A DNA stretch of 64,000 bases from Tubulanus polymorphus (lineage: Eukaryota > Animalia > Nemertea), in contig NC_134027.1 of the NCBI RefSeq assembly GCF_964204645.1, positions 3,938,485 through 4,002,484 of the forward strand, read 5' to 3'. The notes under the pieces are model-generated. The model was not told the origin of the DNA. It was given only the letters and a program-made list of their open reading frames with translations, and ran no database searches. A program made the translations under genes and the position numbers. Shown here one piece after another: positions 56,160 through 64,000 of this stretch; position 1 is the first letter of the stretch, and each line of letters opens with the position of its first letter.

Positions 56160-58498
56160 TCGCTAAGCCTTCTACATGGCGTGTCAGGCCCCAAATGTTC
56201 TGCAGCCAATATGGCGTGTCAAGCCCCAAATTGTCTGCAGAATAGCTTCAATAATTGAAACATGGTTTGTCGAACGGTTTTCTATGGAAGCAATTAAATC
56301 ATATCTTTAGTTTCAATTAGTTATATATTGTTCATGATTTGATAATCACAAAACAAATACTGCTAGAAAAACCGCGATTTGTCTTCTATATGGCGTGTCA
56401 AGCCCCGAATGTTCTGCAGCCAATATGGCGTGTCAGGCCCCAAATGGTCTGCAGAATAGCTTCAATTGAAACATGGCGTGAGAGGACCCGATCAGTTTTC
56501 CTATAATTGTCACTAATTATCATAAATATTCAAAGATTTATCATTCTACATGGTTTGTCAATCATTTAGACTTAGAAAGAAAGCAAATATTGTTTCAAAA
56601 ATAGCTCCTCAAATCACGCTGTCTTCTACATGGCGTGTCAGGCCCCAAACGGTCTGCAGCCAATATGGCGTGTCAGGCCCCAAACGGTCTGCAGAATAGC
56701 TTCAATTGAGATATGGCGTGAGAGGACCCGAACGATTTTCCGTACAAACAAATGAATAATTGTCACTAATTATCATAAATATTCAAAGATTTATCATTCT
56801 ACATGGTTTGTCAATTATTTAGACTTAGAAAAAAGGCAAATAGTGTTTCAAAAAGCTCCTAAAATCACGCTGTCTTCTACATGGCGTGTCAAGCCCCAAA
56901 CGGTCTGCAGAATAACTTCAATTGAGACATGGCGTGAGAGGACCCGATCGATTTTCCGTACAAACAAATGAATAATTGTCATTAATTATCATAAATATTC
57001 AAAGATTTATCATTCTCCGTGGATTGTCAGTCATTTAGACTCAGAAAAAAGGCAAATATTGTTTCAAAAATAGCTCCTCAAATCACGCTGTCTTTCACAT
57101 GGCGTGTCAGGCCCCAAATGTTCTGCAGCCAATATGGCGTGTCAGGCCCCAAACGGTCTGCAGAATAGCTTCAATTGAGATATGGCGTGAGAGGACCCGA
57201 ACGATTTTCCGTACAAACAAATGAATAATTGTCATTGATTATCATAAATATTCAAAGATTTATCATTCTACGTGGATTGTCAATGATTTAGATTTAGAAA
57301 AAAAGGCAAATATTGTTTCAAAAAGCTCCTCAAATCACGCTGTCTTTCACATGGCGTGTCAGGCCCCAAATGTTCTGCAGTCAATATGGCGTGTCAGGCC
57401 CCAAACGGTCTGCAGAATAGCTTCAATTGAGACATGGCGTGAGAAGACCCGAACGATTTTCCGTACAAAAAAATGAATAATTGTCACTAATTATCATAAA
57501 TATTGTCAATCATTTAGACTTAGAAAAAAGGCAAATATTGTTTCAAAAAGCTCCTAAAATCACGCTGTCTTCTACATGGCGTGTCAAGCCCCAAACGGTC
57601 TGCAGAATAACTTCAATTGAGACATGGCGTGAGAGGACCCGATCGATTTTCCGTACAAACAAATGAATAATTGTCATTGATTATCATAAATATTCAAAGA
57701 TTTATCATTCTACGTGGATTGTCAATGATTTAGATTTAGAAAAAAAGGCAAATATTGTTTCAAAAAGCTCCTCAAATCACGCTGTCTTTCACATGGCGTG
57801 TCAGGCCCCAAATGTTCTGCAGTCAATATGGCGTGTCAGGCCCCAAACGGTCTGCAGAATAGCTTCAATTGAGACATGGCGTGAGAAGACCCGAACGATT
57901 TTCCGTACAAAAAAATGAATAATTGTCACTAATTATCATAAATATTGTCAATCATTTAGACTTAGAAAAAAGGCAAATATTGTTTCAAAAAGCTCCTAAA
58001 ATCACGCTGTCTTCTACATGGCGTGTCAAGCCCCAAACGGTCTGCAGAATAACTTCAATTGAGACATGGCGTGAGAGGACCCGATCGATTTTCCGTACAA
58101 ACAAATGAATAATTGTCATTGATTATCATAAATATTCAAAGATTTATCATTCTCCGTGGATTGTCAGTCATTTAGACTCAGAAAAAAGGCAAATATTGTT
58201 TCAAAAATAGCTCCTCAAATCACGCTGTCTTTCACATGGCGTGTCAGGCCCCAAATGTTCTGCAGCCAATATGGCGTGTCAGGCCCCAAACGGTCTGCAG
58301 AATAGCTTCAATTGAGACATGGCGTGAGAAGACCCGAATGATTTTCCGTACAAACTAATGAATAATTGTCATTAATTATCATAAATATTCAAAGATTTAT
58401 CATTCTACGTGGATTGTCAATGATTTAGACTTAGAACAAAAGGCAAATATTGTTTCAAAAAGCTCCTAAAATCACGCTGTCTTCTACATGGCGTGTCA
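56160..58498. repeat. Satellite array A, ~200-240-bp units, local 442-bp higher-order repeat
   Basis: Repeated TGGCGTGTCAGGCCCCAAA..TCTGCAG; identical ORFs at 57481 and 57923. Confidence 0.97.
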
Positions 58499-60927
58499 TA
58501 TTATATTCATTACTATAAAGATACCATAAAAAGTAAATTTTTTTCCATTTCATCAGTTTTCAAGCAGACCTGTCACCACAGGTCTCGAGAAGCTCTGCAA
58601 AATGGCGCGAGCTGCCGTGTGAGGTCTCGCTTCAAAATTATTGTTTTATAGTAACTTAAGATTAACTATATCCATGGTTAGCAATCTATTTTATATTCAT
58701 TACTATAAAGATACCATAAAAAGTAAAGTTTTTTCCATTTCATCAGTTTTCAAGCAGACCTGTCACCACAGGTCTCGAGAAGCTCTGCAAAATGGCGCGA
58801 GCTGCCGTGTGAGGTCTCGCTTCAAAATTATTGTTTTATAGTAACTTAAGATTAACTATATCCATGGTTAGCAATCTATTTCATATTCATTACTATAAAG
58901 ATACCATAAAAAGTAAAGTTTTTTCCATTTCATCAGTTTTCAAGCAGACCTGTCACCACAGGTCTCGAGAAGCTCTGCAAAATGGCGCGAGCTGCCGTGT
59001 GAGGTCTCGCTTCAAAATTATTGTTTTATAGTAACTTAAGATTAATTCTATCCATGGTTAGCAATTTATATTATACTCTTTACTTTAAAGAGACCATAAA
59101 AATTAATGTTTTCCTTCATTTCATCAGTTTTAATGCAGACCTGTCACCACAGGTCTCGAGAAGCTCTGCAAAATGGCGCGAGCTGCCGTGTGAGGTCTCG
59201 CTTCAAAATTATTGTTTTATAGTAACTTAAGATTAACTCTATCTATGGTTAGCAATTTATATTATACTCTTTACTACATAAAGGTTATAAAAAGTAAAGT
59301 TTTTTCAATTTCATCAGTTTTAGTGCAGACCTGTCACCACAGGTCCCGAGAAGCTCTGCAAAATGGCGCGAGCTGCCGTGTCAGGTCTCGCTTCATAATT
59401 ATTGTTTTATAGTAACTTAAGATTAACTATATCCATGGTTAGCAATCTATTTTATATTCATTACTATAAAGATACCATAAAAAGTAAAGTTTTTTCCATT
59501 TCATCAGTTTTCAAGCAGACCTGTCACCACAGGTCTCGAGAAGCTCTGCAAAATGGCGCGAGCTGCCGTGTGAGGTCTCGCTTCATAATTAATGTTTTAT
59601 AGTAACTTAAGATTAACTCTATCTATGGTTAGCAATTTATATTATACTCTTTACTATATAAAGGTTATAAAAAGTAAAGTTTTTTCAATTTCATCAGTTT
59701 TAGTGCAGACCTGTCACCACAGGTCCCGAGAAGCTCTGCAAAATGGCGCGAGCTGCCGTGTCAGGTCTCGCTTCAAAATTATTGTTTTATAGTAACTTAA
59801 GATTAATTCTATCCATGGTTAGCAATTTATATTATACTCTTTACTTTAAAGAGACCATAAAAATTAATGTTTTCCTTCATTTCATCAGTTTTAATGCAGA
59901 CCTGTCACCACAGGTCTCGAGAAGCTCTGCAAAATGGCGCGAGCTGCCGTGTGAGGTCTCGCTTCAAAATTATTGTTTTATAGTAACTTAAGATTAACTC
60001 TATCTATGGTTAGCAATTTATATTATACTCTTTACTATATAAAGGTTATAAAAAGTAAAGTTTTTTCAATTTCATCAGTTTTAGTGCAGACCTGTCACCA
60101 CAGGTCCCGAGAAGCTCTGCAAAATGGCGCGAGCTGCCGTGTCAGGTCTCGCTTCAAAATTATTGTTTTATAGTAACTTAAGATTAACTCTATCTATGGT
60201 TAGCAATTTATATTATACTCTTTACTATAAAGAGACCATAAAAATTAATGTTTTCCTTCATTTCATCAGTTTTAATGCAGACCTGTCACCACAGGTCTCG
60301 AGAAGCTCTGCAAAATGGCGCGAGCTGCCGTGTGAGGTCTCGCTTCAAAATTATTGTTTTATAGTAACTTAAGATTAACTCTATCTATGGTTAGCAATTT
60401 ATATTATACTCTTTACTATATAAAGGTTATAAAAAGTAAAGTTTTTTCAATTTCATCAGTTTTAGTGCAGACCTGTCACCACAGGTCCCGAGAAGCTCTG
60501 CAAAATGGCGCGAGCTGCCGTGTCAGGTCTCGCTTCAAAATTATTGTTTTATAGTAACTTAAGATTAACTCTATCTATGGTTAGCAATTTATATTATACT
60601 CTTTACTATAAAGAGACCATAAAAATTAATGTTTTCCTTCATTTCATCAGTTTTAATGCAGACCTGTCACCACAGGTCTCGAGAAGCTCTGCAAAATGGC
60701 GCGAGCTGCCGTGTGAGGTCTCGCTTCAAAATTATTGTTTTATAGTAACTTAAGATTAACTCTATCTATGGTTAGCAATTTATATTATACTCTTTACTAT
60801 ATAAAGGTTATAAAAAGTAAAGTTTTTTCAATTTCATCAGTTTTAGTGCAGACCTGTCACCACAGGTCCCGAGAAGCTCTGCAAAATGGCGCGAGCTGCC
60901 GTGTCAGGTCTCGCTTCAAAATTATTG
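58499..60927. repeat. Satellite array B, 190/191-bp units (~13 copies), 381-bp dimer
   Basis: Repeated GCAGACCTGTCACCACAGGTCTCGAGAAGCTCTGCAAAATGGCGCGAG; ORF repeats at 59592, 59973, 60354 and 60735. Confidence 0.98.
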
Positions 60928-61376
60928 AAATCAAATAATTCACAATCATTGCATCTTTACAAGGCAAACATAAATTCTTAAATGAATTCATAACACACCA
61001 TAGTTTGTTTTTTGTTTTTGAATAATATATTCAGAAAGCACTAAGATATGTTCTTTTTGTTTCTTATCGGCTATCATTTGTTTTAAATCCGCGCCTATCA
61101 TATCTTCTAATCGTCTATCATCGGTTCAGTCATTACGATTTTCATTTTAGCAAATCGACCTGTCACCTGAGGTCCCACCTGTCATGTCAGGTCTTGGGCC
61201 CTGACATGACAGGTTCTGGAAACTCTGCAGACAGACCTAAATGATTCTTTTCCTGATATTTAATTAACGCATGAAAAGAACAAATAATATTATTAACATC
61301 AAGAGGGATGTGCTATATTCTAAGGAAATAATTTACTCGGTTATCGACACCACGAAATCTGAATGAAAAGGTCGAA

Positions 61377-63786
61377 ATGTCTGATAATAAGGTAAAAAAG
61401 GTAACAATCAATCAAATCAAATCAACAACAAGGTCAACGACGAACGTCTTGAAATGTACACGCTATTTTACCGACAGCTGTATATAATAACATATACTAA
61501 GGAAAATAACAATAAGATTATTCCATTAGGTATAGGGACAGGGTTAGGATTAGGGTTTTAATAGGGTTGGGCACGGTCTAGTCAGTAACCTGTCTGTGGT
61601 TTTGTTTCACGATCGGATATTTTCACAAACCACATAACCATTGGTATAAGCCCATCCGATTATAAAAAGCTTACCACCAACGATTAGGTTACTAACTAGG
61701 CACGGTTTAGTGTAGTCTGAATACCAGTAGTCATTGTTACCGACCGGTTCCAATTTGGAACAACGGCTAGGTACTAGAGTAAGAGAAAGGGTCTGTCTGT
61801 TAAGTGTTTGGTCTAGTAGTAGTAGTAGTAGTAGAGGAATAGGATCTGAGAGAGAGGTTAGAGGTCTCTTTTGTCCATTAATTACATACCTAATTAAGGT
61901 AGAGACACCCACCATCGTATGGAAAGTAAGATTGGTGGTTTAATGGGAAGATCCTGCGCTAGCACTAGCATGTTGGCCCGCGGAGAGAGGTTTAAATACT
62001 GCTCTGTCCGCTCTTTTCTTTGCTCTGTTCTACACACTTTCCTGACCTTTGAATTTTCTAATTTGTGTTCCCAGTGTAGATGCGCAGTGTAAATTTGCCA
62101 ATCAGTACGAGTTGTCGGCAAAATAGCATATGCACTGCCCAACTTCAAGCAATTAAATGAAATACTTTTGGATAAATGCTTGAATTTTGTCCCAATAGTA
62201 GAGGGCTTAATTTTTTGGCTCACCAGTTGGCTCACCCTTTGGCCTAGGATTAGTCTTACACTGGCTGGCATAATTACATTTACTAGTAGTTGGCATAATA
62301 TCCACTTTCAAATACATTTTTGTAGGATTTGAAAAAACTGGTTGATGACGTTCATAAAACCAATCAAAGTGTAGTCAAAGAACTAGATCAACTTACTCTA
62401 GCAGGGAAACAAACTATTGCTCCGGAGTTACTTGAGAAATTACAAATTGCGCAAGGCTCTTATGAAGAGGTACGTGAAAGCCTCTTATCAAAATACAGTT
62501 ACTTGATATCAATTATTAGTATTTCAGTTACTGTTTGTATTGTATTGTAGGCCTTATAATGAAAGATTATCCTGCATCTCATTAGAGCAGTATTATATTT
62601 TTGTTGCCCTACCTTATAGTAAGGGAAATAGTGTGATATATCAAACAGTATATCACATGTATACATCAATTTATTTTACATTAAGCTTCAAAAATACCTG
62701 GAAGATAATGAAGAGAAAAAAAGAAATGATGAAAAACAAAAACTTGGACACAAAAAGTATTTGCTGAGAATTTTAAACTTCAACTTCAAAATTTCACAAG
62801 TCCACCTGCAATCTAAATTCATCTTTTGATTTCAGGGTTATACTGAGTCCTGAAGAGCAAGAATTAACGTATGAGTTAAAAGCACAAATGATGAGACAAA
62901 TCGACGTTCAGAATGCTAAACTCAAGACGGAATTAAAACTTCATGGAAAGAAGGAGGAATTAAGAGTAGCCAATCAGGTTAATCGTAGATTACATGATGA
63001 GTGGACAATGTCACGCACGAATTCGATGAAACTTCTGAAAATGTTTGAAAGAAAAGCTAAAGAAGGCACGTGATCTTTCAATTATAACACATCTGATCTG
63101 CTGAAAATTTCCACTTAATCAGCTTTCCAATATTCAATTTGCTTATCATTGGCTTTTAACTATGATACTGATAATTTTAGCTTAAAATTCGACATTATTA
63201 CTGGTCCTCGAATAGTCCTGGCTCGTTGTCGGTCATTTGGTCCACTCGACTCGAATCAAACTCGAGGCCAATTCATAAAAACAATTCTACTAAAACATAA
63301 CTTTTGATAGATAATATTAATAACCGCTGTGCCTATAGCGGTAGCACCAGGATAAGCTGAATGTTACCAGTATACCTGGTTTTTTTCACGTCAACGTAAA
63401 ATCGAGGGACAGAAAATCTTTTTATTATTCTACTGGTTTGTATGGATTACCAAATGGACTGGTACCATTATAGGCAGAGTCTACTGTATTAAAGTGAGGT
63501 CTCTTCGTTGAAAATGTCATAAGAAATATATCGGTTAATTCTACTTATAGCTAATGACAAGGTGAACCAGCTACAAATTGAGCTTTTGAAGTCAAAACAG
63601 TTGGCCAAGAAATATCATGACATGTATGAAACAGAATGTCGTAACAATGGTCATCCACCGCGTGTACAAAGTGCTCGATCAACTTCTTCTGAAGGTGCAG
63701 AATCAAATAAAAGTAATACTCAACTTCTTCGAAAAGCTATTACTGTTCCAGGACATCGTTTACCTGATTATCAACGTAGATTCGAG
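61377..63786 (+). CDS. Uncharacterised coiled-coil protein, partial (continues past the window)
   Basis: Phase-compatible exons ~62326-62469, 62686-62756, 62836-63065 and 63551-63786 encode E/K/L/Q-rich helices. Tentative first exon ATG TCT GAT AAT AAG|gt at 61377-61391. Confidence 0.65.
61535..61700 (+). repeat. Dispersed repeat with GGGTTA-like head
   Basis: tagtcagtaacctgtctgtggttt...aagcccatccgattataaaaagcttacc; reverse-complement copies at ~48695-48835 and ~53227-53320. Confidence 0.85.
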
Positions 63787-64000
63787 GTGCGTTATTCAAT
63801 TCATCAATTAAGATACAGATGATACAATTAAAGTGAACATCTACATACACGAAAATAAATACCTTAACGACAATGAGATTTCAGTTGCTACCTTTCATAC
63901 AACCCTAGTGAAAAATGTTTGGTTAGCGGTGAAAATCCCCAACCTTTTTACTAGGAGTGCAAGTAGTATCTACAATGGAACTGTTAATACGATTCTGTTA

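Larger units (their letters stand above)
55583..61245. mobile_element. Putative non-autonomous DNA transposon filled with tandem repeats
   Basis: Mirror-image ends (ATCATYTAGG followed by three 16-bp boxes), flanking direct repeat ATGATTCTTTT, no transposase ORF. Confidence 0.65.

Noticed and set aside
56160-60927. CRISPR-like array or repeated small ORFs (61-82 aa)
   Set aside because: The intervals between boxes are themselves repeated rather than unique spacers, there are no cas genes, and the ORFs are by-products of the satellite units.
61894-62271. 125-aa minus-strand ORF
   Set aside because: No recognisable motif; lies antisense in a probable intron next to repeats.

Overview
AT-rich, gene-dense animal genomic DNA with short spliceosomal introns. 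It is probably from an invertebrate, but the species cannot be determined from the window. Gene order: GATA-motif-rich non-coding block (1-3 kb), ZNF341-like multi-C2H2 gene (+), ER thioredoxin/PDI gene with a-a'-D architecture and RDEL (+), TEPP/SPMIP8 (-) head-to-head with PDCD5 (+), KIF28/KLP-6-like kinesin-3 ending in a CAAX box (-) head-to-head with LLPH (+), IMPDH (-), intronless RAP1GDS1 (-), an AT-hook/C2H2 zinc-finger gene (-), an SLC16/MCT transporter (-), tRNA-Pro(AGG), and a partial coiled-coil gene (+). The main unexplained structure is a ~5.7-kb block (55.6-61.2 kb) in which two different satellite arrays share a 16-bp box and lie between mirror-image ends, which looks like a non-autonomous DNA transposon that gave rise to satellites. 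Also notable: a palindromic Penelope-like insertion with a hammerhead core that duplicated an IMPDH splice donor, a candidate 92-aa IMPDH N-terminal extension, candidate alternative kinesin tails and microexons, and three GC-AG introns. Exon boundaries were read by hand and have no transcript support.
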